Below are positions 10,978 to 19,231 of a stretch of DNA of 64,000 bases, in pieces (position 1 is the stretch's first letter; each line of letters starts with the position of its first letter). The stretch spans positions 9,568 through 73,567 of the forward strand of contig JBAZKQ010000002.1 of NCBI GenBank assembly GCA_041650715.1, in the 5' to 3' direction. Below the pieces are notes generated by a model that saw only the letters and a program-made list of their open reading frames with translations, made no database searches and had not been told where the DNA came from. The DNA comes from Patescibacteria group bacterium. GTDB taxonomy: Bacteria; Patescibacteriota; Patescibacteriia; Patescibacteriales; UBA12465. The position numbers and the translations under genes were made by a program.

Positions 10978-12120
10978 ATGTTGACTCTGGAACAACAAAT
11001 CTTCAACCAAATTGAAAAATCAAAGAATATCTTGATTATTTTTCCGAATGATTCTGAGGGCGACACGGTTGCCTCGGCGCTGGCCCTTTTTTTATTCCTC
11101 AAGAAACAAGGGTTGGAGGCCTCAGTGGTGTGTCCGCAGCCAGAGGACGGGAAGAAATCCTTCTCCTTTTTACCGGCCTTTGAACAAATTCAAGAAGATT
11201 TAAATAACCTACGCCGCTTTATTGTTTCAGTTAACATTAGCCAAGCCAAGGTAAACCAAATTAAATACTTAGTAGAAAACAATACTTTGAATTTTATTAT
11301 TTCCCCCTCTGCGGGCTGGTTTAAGCCTGAAGACGTTAGTTCTCGCGCCGGTGAATTTAAATATGATTTAATTATTACGATCGGGACCCCCGATCTTGAG
11401 TCGCTGGGCAAGCTTTATGATCAAAATGTTGAGTTTTTTTATAAGACACCAATCATTAATATCGACCATAAAGCCATTAATGAGGAATTTGGTCAAATTA
11501 ATTTTATTGACCTTAACGCCGTCGCTATTTCGGAAATCCTTTTTTATCTTCTCAAAAACTATAAACCGGAACTTATTACCGAGAATATTTCCACCTGCCT
11601 TCTGGCCGGCATTATTCAAAAAACAAAGAACTTTAAAACCTCAAACTTAACACCCCGAACTCTTCTCACCACTTCCCAGCTAATCGCGATTGGGGCAAAT
11701 CGGGAAGATATCGTTTCTCATCTTTATCGTTCCCGTGATCTTACAACTCTAAAGCTTTGGGGACGAGTTTTAAATAATCTCAAAGCGGAAAACGGGGAAG
11801 AATTAATTTGGTCAAGGTTGCGCTTAGGCGATTTCAAAGACACTAATTCCACTACCGAAAGCCTCAATGATATTATTGATGAATTAATAGTTAATATTCC
11901 GCAAGCAAAATTAGCGCTAATCCTTTGTGAAAAAACACAAAATGAAACTGATATTTTTCTCTACTCGCTTAAAAATATTAACGCTCTTGATATTTTGCAG
12001 TCTTATGCGCCCCGCGGAAACAGCAAAATAGCCACGGCCACCATTAATAAAGATCTAAACACAGTCAGCACAGAATTCATTACGGAAATAAAAAATAAGC
12101 TTGAAAAATTAAACTCTTAA
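10978..12120 (+). CDS. DHH/DHHA1-family phosphoesterase (NrnA-like)
   Basis: N-terminal DxxxD motif (NDSEGDTVAS). The DHH position reads DHK (NIDHKAIN), so activity is uncertain. Confidence 0.6.
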   Translation: MLTLEQQIFNQIEKSKNILIIFPNDSEGDTVASALALFLFLKKQGLEASVVCPQPEDGKKSFSFLPAFEQIQEDLNNLRRFIVSVNISQAKVNQIKYLVENNTLNFIISPSAGWFKPEDVSSRAGEFKYDLIITIGTPDLESLGKLYDQNVEFFYKTPIINIDHKAINEEFGQINFIDLNAVAISEILFYLLKNYKPELITENISTCLLAGIIQKTKNFKTSNLTPRTLLTTSQLIAIGANREDIVSHLYRSRDLTTLKLWGRVLNNLKAENGEELIWSRLRLGDFKDTNSTTESLNDIIDELIVNIPQAKLALILCEKTQNETDIFLYSLKNINALDILQSYAPRGNSKIATATINKDLNTVSTEFITEIKNKLEKLNS

Positions 12121-12186
12121 TGGTATAAAATAAAGCATCGCCACTGTTATGGCACGCTTGCAATCTTTTATAGCGGTCATTATAAT

Positions 12187-12260
12187 GGGCATATAGCTCA
12201 GTTGGTTAGAGCACCGCTCTTATAAAGCGGGGGTCGATGGTTCAAGTCCATCTATGCCCA
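12187..12260 (+). tRNA. tRNA-Ile with anticodon UAU
   Basis: Hand-folded cloverleaf: acceptor gggcata/tatgccc, anticodon stem ccgct/agcgg, loop cttataa, T-arm gatgg-ttcaagt-ccatc. No encoded CCA. Confidence 0.8.
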
Positions 12261-12272
12261 CGGAAAAAAATC

Positions 12273-12346
12273 GGGCTCGTAGCTCAGTTGGTTAGAGCGC
12301 CACGTTGACATCGTGGAGGTCACAGGTTCGAGTCCTGTCGGGCCCA
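12273..12346 (+). tRNA. tRNA-Val with anticodon GAC
   Basis: Cloverleaf: acceptor gggctcg/cgggccc, anticodon stem ccacg/cgtgg, loop ttgacat, T-arm acagg-ttcgagt-cctgt. No encoded CCA. Confidence 0.9.
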
Positions 12347-12357
12347 CTAAACAAGAA

Positions 12358-12386
12358 ACGACCTAAATTTATTTAGGTCGTTTTTG
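12358..12386 (+). terminator. Intrinsic terminator after the tRNA-Ile/tRNA-Val pair
   Basis: cgacctaaa (12359-12367) pairs with tttaggtcg (12372-12380), followed by a T-run. Confidence 0.75.
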
Positions 12387-12402
12387 TTTTATATTGGGTT
12401 GC

Positions 12403-12561
12403 TGACAGGACTCGAATGCCGGAGGCGATGCGCACTTGTGCGCCGCCGAGGCCGGGTCGGGGCGCTTAGTGAGCGCAGACTCGCGTAGCGAGGCCAGCGA
12501 GACTTAGCGACCGTGACCGAGTCCTGATTTGTCAGGCGCCTGCGACGCGAAAGTCCTGTCA
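12403..12561. other. G+C-rich structured non-coding element A, tRNA-adjacent
   Basis: 159 nt, roughly two-thirds G+C by hand count, in A+T-rich flanks.
- Perfect 10-nt terminal inverted repeats: tgacaggact (12403-12412) and agtcctgtca (12552-12561).
- Internal hairpins: gcgca-cttg-tgcgc, gcgct-tagtg-agcgc and cctga-tttg-tcagg.
- 12404-12416 is the exact reverse complement of the tRNA-Val T-arm at 12327-12339.
- No credible ORF. Confidence 0.5.
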
Positions 12562-12770
12562 TTATATGTATTTGCTAAAGTTTATTTTGTCTATATTATT
12601 AAACAAAAATTACCCAATAATTGACATAATTAATATTATGTGATAGTATTTTTTATTAAAATAGTTCTTTAAAAAATAAGGTTAAATTTGGTTAATTACC
12701 AAGTTCATGTAAATTTAGGTGAATTTAGTTATTAATCAAATTACTACTAATCTTTAAAAAAACAGAAACC

Positions 12771-13181
12771 ATGAAAAAAATCATTTTAGTGTTCAGCATT
12801 ATTTCTTTTATCTTCTCAGTAGCAGTTAGTTTTTTGTCATCAGATTTTGTTGTTAAAAACAGAATTGGAAAGAACCAAAAAATTATAACTGCAACATTAA
12901 AGGAAAAAGAATATGCGCTTTGGTTTGAGGAAGTGGGGAAATATCAAGCCCCGACTGATTATTGGCGGGCTGGCGGTCCTCGCGAGATTGATGAAATTAA
13001 TAAGCAAATTGAAACGGCAGAAAAAAATTTAAGATATTGGCAATCAAAAGAAAATAATCGTAGTTTTAATTTCTTGATTGCTTCATATTTAGCTGTTGCT
13101 GGTTCTTTATTATTTTCATTTTTTGGTTTATTAAGAGCAAAAGAACAATGGTATAGTAAAAACCATTCCTTAGACAATTAA
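12771..13181 (+). CDS. Hypothetical membrane protein
   Basis: N- and C-terminal hydrophobic helices. Upstream promoter-like ttgaca-N17-tagtat. Confidence 0.4.
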   Translation: MKKIILVFSIISFIFSVAVSFLSSDFVVKNRIGKNQKIITATLKEKEYALWFEEVGKYQAPTDYWRAGGPREIDEINKQIETAEKNLRYWQSKENNRSFNFLIASYLAVAGSLLFSFFGLLRAKEQWYSKNHSLDN

Positions 13182-13307
13182 AAAAATTGTAAAAACAGGG
13201 AGTCCCTCACCAGACTTCCTTTTTTATTTATCCAATCTCCAATTTTTTATCTTACTCATTTACATTTTCCCCAAAAATTGGTAAATTTAAGGAAAGAATA
13301 AAATTAT

Positions 13308-13727
13308 ATGATTTTTAGTAAAACAAAACAGACAACTAATATAGTTAAAGAAAGTAACGAACCCTCAATCACTGAATGGCTCAATTACGAAGACGAGGAA
13401 ACCGAGGGACAATTAGCCATCGACGTCTTCCAAACTGATAAAAAAATCATTATCAAGTCTACCATCGCCGGTGTCAAACCGGAAGATTTAAAAATATCCC
13501 TTCACCACGACCTACTTAGCATTAAGGGCGCACGCTCTATTAAAGAAGAGGTTAGGGAAGAGGATTATCTTTACCGCGAATGTTATTGGGGGTCGTTTTC
13601 GCGCTCCATCATCTTACCGGCCGAAGTCGATAGCCGCCGGGTTGAAGCCGAGCTCGAAAGCGGAATTCTCACTATAACCTTATATAAAAACAATCCCGGC
13701 CAAATCGAAGTTAAAGTAAAAGATTGA
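13308..13727 (+). CDS. Hsp20/alpha-crystallin small heat-shock protein
   Basis: Alpha-crystallin domain pattern (LAIDVFQTDKKIIIKSTIAGVKPEDLKISL...GSFSRSIILPAEVD...AELESGILTITL). Confidence 0.85.
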   Translation: MIFSKTKQTTNIVKESNEPSITEWLNYEDEETEGQLAIDVFQTDKKIIIKSTIAGVKPEDLKISLHHDLLSIKGARSIKEEVREEDYLYRECYWGSFSRSIILPAEVDSRRVEAELESGILTITLYKNNPGQIEVKVKD

Positions 13728-13743
13728 GGCGGCCTCCAAGCAT

Positions 13744-15630
13744 ATGAAAATTAAAAAATGGGCTCTAAAATCACTTATTTTTCTGGTGGTTTTTTTGTTA
13801 CTCGGAACAATCGCCATATTATATATTAATTGGCACAATAATTATCGCGGCCGAATTTACCCCGGTATTCGGGTTGGTTCTTTAGATTTATCCGGTAAAA
13901 CCGCAGCTGAGGCCACAAACATCCTGAATCAAAAAACGAGCGAGCTCGTCTCTGCCGGTCTGACTTTTCGGGCAAACAATAAAAATATTACCATTAACAC
14001 CGATATAACTTCTTTCGATTCCGACCTTTCCTACCCGGCTTTATATTTTAATGTTGAAGACACGGTCAATAAGGCGGTAACTTTAAGCTCGCCGGACAAC
14101 TTCGGTTACTATCTCTTATTCCGCCTGCGTCCCCGTTCCCAGCGCTTATTAATTCCTTTTTACACACTTGATCCGGAAAAAATAAAAACCCTGTTGGCCG
14201 ACTCTTTCCCGGAATTAAACATTGAGCCCACTAACTCCTCTTTTTCGGTTTCTACAAAAACTGGTGATTTACAAACCAGTCCGGAGAAAATCGGAGTAGA
14301 AATTAACTATGACCTCGCCTTGTCCGAAATCCGCACCAACTTGGCCAATCTCAATAACCAGCCAATCACATTAATGACTCACTCAAAATACCCACTTGTT
14401 AAAGAGTCCGACCTCGGTTCACTAACGGCAGAAGCCAAAACAATTATTAAAGAAGGCGGTTTAAAACTTACGTTTGGAGAAAACGGGGCGGCCACCAGCT
14501 CGCTTAAAACCTGGACAATCAAACCGGAAAAGTTAATCACCTGGCTAAGCGTTGTTTCTAACCAAGGAAACTTAAGTCTTTCCCTCGATCAAGAAAAAAT
14601 TAAACAATATTTAAGTTTAAATGTATCTCCGGAAATTGATGTTGAAGCCGTGCGCCCTCGTTTTGAAATAAAAGATGGTAAGGTTAGCAGTTGGCAAACC
14701 GGCGTGGACGGTCGGCAGGTTGATCTTGACGCGAGCGCCGCTAAAATAACTTCCGATTTTCTGGGTGATATAAAAGAAATTCCAATAATTACTAAGGAGG
14801 TGACCAGCGAAACTATTGCGGCTGATAACAATCTTAATATCAAGGAAATTATCGGCGTCGGCCATTCTAATTTTGTCGGTTCACCGACCAACCGCATCAA
14901 AAATATTCAAGTCGGTGCCGCCGCCCTGAACGGTCTTTTAATTGCTCCCGGCGAAGAATTTTCTTTAGTTAAAGTCCTGGGCGACGTAAGTGCTAAAACC
15001 GGCTATTTCCCGGAATTAGTCATCAAGGGCGATCAAACCGTGCCCGAATATGGCGGTGGCTTATGCCAAATTGCGACCACTGTTTTCCGTGCCGCTATGG
15101 GAACGGGCTTGCCGATAACAGAGCGCCGTAACCACTCTTATCGCGTTTCTTATTATGAACCGGCCGGCATGGACGCAGCTGTCTATCTACCTCAACCGGA
15201 TGTCCGCTTTGTTAACGATACTGCCAACTATATATTAATTCAGTCCCGCATTGTTAAAAATGATATTTATTTTGACTTCTGGGGAACGAGTGACGGGCGC
15301 GTCGCCACAACCACCACGCCGGTTGTTTATAACATTGTTAAACCGCCCGCTACAAAATATATTGAAACGACCAGCCTAGCGCCCGGCGTAAAGAAATGTA
15401 CGGAACATGCGCACAATGGAGCAGACGCCTATTTTGACTACTCCGTAATCTACCCCGCTTCCACAACTGGTGCCACCTCAACGCCCAATATTGAGCGCCG
15501 CTTCAGTTCTCATTATGTTCCTTGGCAGGAGGTCTGCTTAATCGGTAAGGAAGCGGTGGCCACTTCAACTCCACCTATTAACGCCTCAAGCACGCCGGCC
15601 GATACTTCTAGCACAACCCCGTCTAATTAA
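13744..15630 (+). CDS. VanW-domain protein, membrane-anchored
   Basis: N-terminal TM helix. VanW core (GGGLCQIATTVFRAAMGTGLPITERRNHSYRVSYY). Ser/Thr/Pro-rich tail. Confidence 0.75.
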   Translation: MKIKKWALKSLIFLVVFLLLGTIAILYINWHNNYRGRIYPGIRVGSLDLSGKTAAEATNILNQKTSELVSAGLTFRANNKNITINTDITSFDSDLSYPALYFNVEDTVNKAVTLSSPDNFGYYLLFRLRPRSQRLLIPFYTLDPEKIKTLLADSFPELNIEPTNSSFSVSTKTGDLQTSPEKIGVEINYDLALSEIRTNLANLNNQPITLMTHSKYPLVKESDLGSLTAEAKTIIKEGGLKLTFGENGAATSSLKTWTIKPEKLITWLSVVSNQGNLSLSLDQEKIKQYLSLNVSPEIDVEAVRPRFEIKDGKVSSWQTGVDGRQVDLDASAAKITSDFLGDIKEIPIITKEVTSETIAADNNLNIKEIIGVGHSNFVGSPTNRIKNIQVGAAALNGLLIAPGEEFSLVKVLGDVSAKTGYFPELVIKGDQTVPEYGGGLCQIATTVFRAAMGTGLPITERRNHSYRVSYYEPAGMDAAVYLPQPDVRFVNDTANYILIQSRIVKNDIYFDFWGTSDGRVATTTTPVVYNIVKPPATKYIETTSLAPGVKKCTEHAHNGADAYFDYSVIYPASTTGATSTPNIERRFSSHYVPWQEVCLIGKEAVATSTPPINASSTPADTSSTTPSN

Positions 15631-15649
15631 CCCTCAGCCCAAGCCATAT

Positions 15650-15682
15650 AAAAACGCCCTCCACAGGAAGGGCGTTTTTTTA
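15650..15682. terminator. Bidirectional intrinsic terminator (VanW gene / yidC)
   Basis: acgccct (15654-15660) pairs with agggcgt (15669-15675), flanked by an A-run and a T-run. Confidence 0.75.
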
Positions 15683-15704
15683 TTTTTGCTATCCAGTTAT
15701 TTCT

Positions 15705-16466
15705 TTATTTTACAATTTCGCCTTCAATCGTTTCCGACTTAGTAGTTAAGGCGCCGCTATTTTTCTTTTTCTTAAATACAAATAATTGCTGAAGAGCAGT
15801 TAAAATAGTAATCACAAACCAATATAGCGTTAAACCGCCCGGTAGCGAAATGCCGATAAAAATCGTAATGGCCGGCATAAAATAAAGCATTTGTTTATTC
15901 ATGATTGCCATCATGTTTTCATCTTTTGCTCCTTCCGTTTTAACGACCGGCTTTTTAGTGATCATCATTCTGGCCTGCCAAAACTGCGCCAAACCGGCCA
16001 GGACGGCCAAATATATACTTGGTTTACTTAAATCAAGGAAGCCCAAAGAAATACTATTTATAATTTCCGGTTTATAAACGAAGGGGTAAACTAAATCAAG
16101 CTTACTGCTTAAACCGTCTCGGAAGACTCGATAAACCGCAAACAATACCGGCAATTGAATTAACAAGGGGAGACAGGAAGAAAAAGGATTAACCTTATTT
16201 TCCTTATACATTTCCATGGTCGCCTTACTAAGCCCAACTTTGTCGTCGGCGTATTTCTTTTTCAGTTCATCAATTTTCGGCTGTAAATCCTGCAAGGATT
16301 TTTGGGATTTGATCGACTGTTGTCCAAACGGCCAAAGAATAAGCTTAATTAGAACTGTCAGCAGAACAATCGCAATCCCCAAATCATGAAAAGACACCGT
16401 GTTATATAAGAAGACAAGAAGATTTAAGATTGGTTGATAGAAAATAACCGTGAATAAATTAGCCAT
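15705..16466 (-). CDS. yidC: Membrane protein insertase YidC (short form)
   Basis: YidC/Oxa1 5-TM core. Classic rpmH-rnpA-yidD-yidC synteny. Confidence 0.85.
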   Translation of the reverse strand: MANLFTVIFYQPILNLLVFLYNTVSFHDLGIAIVLLTVLIKLILWPFGQQSIKSQKSLQDLQPKIDELKKKYADDKVGLSKATMEMYKENKVNPFSSCLPLLIQLPVLFAVYRVFRDGLSSKLDLVYPFVYKPEIINSISLGFLDLSKPSIYLAVLAGLAQFWQARMMITKKPVVKTEGAKDENMMAIMNKQMLYFMPAITIFIGISLPGGLTLYWFVITILTALQQLFVFKKKKNSGALTTKSETIEGEIVK

Positions 16467-16489
16467 AAAAAGATAATAATTTAATAAAT

Positions 16490-16747
16490 TTATTTAACCG
16501 GGTCGTTACCCCCCTTATTCCATGGGTTACAGCGCAATACCCGCCAAGAGGCCATAAGACCCCCCTTAATAACTCCATGTTTAGTAATGGCCTGTGCCCC
16601 GTACTCGGAACAGCTGGGGTAAAAACGACAAAAACCGTGTGGATAAAAAACCTTTAAGAATCCATGGTCAAACGAAATGGTTTTTTGGTAGATTTTAATA
16701 AAAGCGACCAGGAGGCGTCGGGGGAATTTATAGATATATTCAAGCAT
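16490..16747 (-). CDS. yidD: Membrane protein insertion efficiency factor YidD
   Basis: 85 aa with conserved Cys pattern ([11 protein letters not shown]...RCNPW). Confidence 0.85.
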
Positions 16748-16764
16748 TTTTATTTAATATTAGT

Positions 16765-17106
16765 CTATTTATAAAGATTAGCGCGAGTAAAGCCGGTTTG
16801 GAGAGTGGTTTTAATTTCGGCAAATGTTTTATCTAATATTAAAGAAAAAACGACAATAACGATATCCTTCCCACCCCTCATATTTGTCATTTCTTTGCTA
16901 ATAATAGACCTAATTTGTCTTTTGATTTTATTTCTGATCACCGCTTTTTTGCTTACCTTTAGACTCACCAAAATCCCGAATCGATTATATTCAAGGCTAT
17001 TGGCGGCTGTTTTGAGGCCCAATACCTTACCATAAAAAGATTGGCCGGTTTTAAAAACGCGGTCAAACTCTTTGTCATGTCTTATTCTGTTTTTCTTCTC
17101 TAACAT
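16765..17106 (-). CDS. rnpA: Ribonuclease P protein component
   Basis: 113 aa and basic. RnpA-like KEFDRVFK...FGILVSLKVSKKAVIRNKIKRQIR. Lies downstream of rpmH. Confidence 0.8.
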   Translation of the reverse strand: MLEKKNRIRHDKEFDRVFKTGQSFYGKVLGLKTAANSLEYNRFGILVSLKVSKKAVIRNKIKRQIRSIISKEMTNMRGGKDIVIVVFSLILDKTFAEIKTTLQTGFTRANLYK

Positions 17107-17120
17107 GTTAAATTATAACA

Positions 17121-17258
17121 CTATTTTGAGAGTTTTTTGCGACCCTTATCGCGACGTCGTTTTAGGACTGCACGACCATCTTCGGTATGCATTCTCTTGA
17201 TAAAACCATGTTTTTTGCTGGCGCGTCGTTTATTCGGCTGGTAGGTTCTTTTCGGCAT
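17121..17258 (-). CDS. rpmH: 50S ribosomal protein L34 (not in the ORF track, under 60 aa)
   Basis: Hand translation gives [45 protein letters not shown]. This matches the L34 pattern, with ATG at 17258-17256 and TAG at 17123-17121. Confidence 0.85.
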
Positions 17259-17492
17259 AAATGAGATTTAACTTTAATTATTGTTATTGTTTTAATAACA
17301 TAACATCTTTATTTACTAAAGTCAATCCGGCCCCAAGGGGCAAAAAACGATTTATCCCCCTTTTGTTAACATCTTTTTAACACGCCCTATGCTTGTTATT
17401 AACGAGTTTATTTAATATAATGAAATTACTATAAAATCTCTAAAATATTATCCATTTTTTAATTGGATTAAGCGATATTAATCCCCACACTT

Positions 17493-18956
17493 ATGACAAA
17501 TGAACAAGTCTGGCAGGCCGTGTTGGGGGAAATTGAGGTAAGTTTATCCCGAGCAAATTTTATTACTTGGTTTAAAGATACTTTTATTTCTTCTTTTGAA
17601 AACGAGCGGGTCGTTATTTGCGTCCCGAACGCTTTTGTTAAAAAATGGCTTGAGGAAAAATATCACAAAAGTACATTAGGCGCTCTGGAGAATGTTACCA
17701 AACAACCAATTAAAGAAATCATCTATAAAATTGAATTAAAAAAAGGAAATACCGCCACCTTCCAAATTAATGGGGCGGAAAATAAATCAGAGGCGCTTAA
17801 TCCTGAAAATAAAGGCACAGTAAATCCGGCCACCACCCCGCGCGATTCTTTCACCACCAATACTGTTCATCAAAACCTGGGCTCTAATGGTGTGATTAGC
17901 GGTAACGGCAATGGTAATAATGTTGGGCGCCACGGTTTAAATACGCGTTACGTTTTTGAAAATTTTATTGTCGGCAAGGGAAACGAGTTGGCTCATGCTG
18001 CCTGCCTGGCGGTTGTTAATAACTTGGGGAAAGCTTATAACCCCTTATTTATTTATGGCGGTGTTGGTTTAGGAAAAACTCATCTTCTCCAGGCTATTGG
18101 CAACGAGGCCGCTAAAAACACAGATAAAATCCTTTATACCACCAGCGAGAAATTTACCAACAATTATATTCAAGCGGTCACCACGGGAAAGGCCAAAGAG
18201 TTTAAAAACCTTTACCGTAATGTCGATTTATTATTAGTTGACGATGTCCAGTTTATGGGCGGCAAAGATGGGACACAGGAAGAGTTCTTCCATACTTTTA
18301 ATGAACTCCTCCAAAACGATAAGCAGATTGTTCTTACTTCTGACCGTGCCCCAAAATCAATCCCCGCCATTGAAAAACGTCTCGTATCTCGTTTTGAGGC
18401 TGGAATGGTAGCCGATGTCGGTAAACCAGATATCGAAACCAAGATTGCGATTTTAGAAAAAAAGTCATTGGAAAAAGGCGGCCTTCTGGACCGCGAGATG
18501 TTGCTTTATATTGCGGAGCACGTCCAGAACAATATCCGCGAACTCGAAGGCGCCCTAAATAAAGTTATTGCCTCACACCAATTTAAGGGGTTAACCCCTT
18601 CTATCAAAACCGTGAAAGAGGTTTTAGGGGATTATATCTCCAACATCCAAACAAAATCACTAACCCCTAAAGAGATTATTGAATCAGTCGCTAAGTTTTA
18701 CAACATCACCTATAAAGAAATTATCAGCCCTGGCCGCAAGAAGGAGTTGGTCTGGCCGCGCCAAATTTCTATCTACTTGATTCGCGAAGAGCTTAATACC
18801 TCCTACCCGAGTATTGGTAATGAGCTTGGCGGGCGCGATCACACCACTGCTATGCACGCCTATAATAAAATTTATCAGGAGGTAAAAGAGAAGGGCAATG
18901 AAAAAGTAAAACAAGAAATTGAGTCTATCCGTCAACTTTTCGGCCACACTTATTAA
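17493..18956 (+). CDS. dnaA: Chromosomal replication initiator DnaA
   Basis: AAA+ Walker A (GGVGLGKTHL), Walker B (LLLVDDVQF) and C-terminal DnaA-box-binding domain (RDHTTAMHAYNKI). A low-complexity GNGNGNN linker insertion is present. Confidence 0.95.
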   Translation: MTNEQVWQAVLGEIEVSLSRANFITWFKDTFISSFENERVVICVPNAFVKKWLEEKYHKSTLGALENVTKQPIKEIIYKIELKKGNTATFQINGAENKSEALNPENKGTVNPATTPRDSFTTNTVHQNLGSNGVISGNGNGNNVGRHGLNTRYVFENFIVGKGNELAHAACLAVVNNLGKAYNPLFIYGGVGLGKTHLLQAIGNEAAKNTDKILYTTSEKFTNNYIQAVTTGKAKEFKNLYRNVDLLLVDDVQFMGGKDGTQEEFFHTFNELLQNDKQIVLTSDRAPKSIPAIEKRLVSRFEAGMVADVGKPDIETKIAILEKKSLEKGGLLDREMLLYIAEHVQNNIRELEGALNKVIASHQFKGLTPSIKTVKEVLGDYISNIQTKSLTPKEIIESVAKFYNITYKEIISPGRKKELVWPRQISIYLIREELNTSYPSIGNELGGRDHTTAMHAYNKIYQEVKEKGNEKVKQEIESIRQLFGHTY

Positions 18957-19231
18957 CAGTTGTCCGCCTCTTTCGGGGGATTAAGTTGTTAATATCTTGT
19001 CGACTAAATCTGAATTGACTTGAATAGAAAGTGGACAAATACGGGTTTGTCCCACTTAAGCACAAAGTGTTAAATTTTCCGCCCCGTCCATCACCCGACA
19101 TATCAACAAGATTTTTCCAATATTTCCCAGCAAATAATCCTAATAAGCCGAATTCACAAAGTTATCCCGCCCCTTATTATTGTTATTATTTATTTATATA
19201 TAAATTAATATATAATACAACATTTAATTAT
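18957..19231. promoter_or_regulatory. Candidate oriC (dnaA-dnaN intergenic)
   Basis: Several degenerate DnaA-box-like 9-mers built on TT(G/A)TCC:
- ttgtccgcc at 18958.
- agtggacaa at 19030, which is ttgtccact on the minus strand.
- ttgtcccac at about 19046.
- ttatcccgc at about 19161.

These are followed by a nearly pure A+T stretch at about 19170-19231. Confidence 0.45.

Noticed and set aside
12395-12420. Minus-strand tRNA or split-tRNA half, explaining the inverted T-arm copies at 12404-12416 and 56720-56733
   Set aside because: On the minus strand, the T-loop copies lack a complementary 5' T-stem: ccggca precedes ttcgagt, and acctg precedes ttcgatt. No acceptor, D or anticodon arms can be drawn.
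12540-12561. The gcgaaagtcctg word as the RNase P RNA CR-I motif (GAGGAAAGUCC)
   Set aside because: It lies at the 3' end of the element, and unstructured A+T-rich sequence follows. The other universally conserved RNase P RNA regions are absent. The word is explained as one arm of the element's terminal inverted repeat.
19031-19231. N-terminal 67-aa extension of dnaN, from the track's GTG start at 19031
   Set aside because: The extension is low-complexity (YYCYYLFIYKLIYNTTFNY). It runs across DnaA-box-like sites and the A+T-rich tract. The conserved clamp N-terminus begins at the ATG at 19232.
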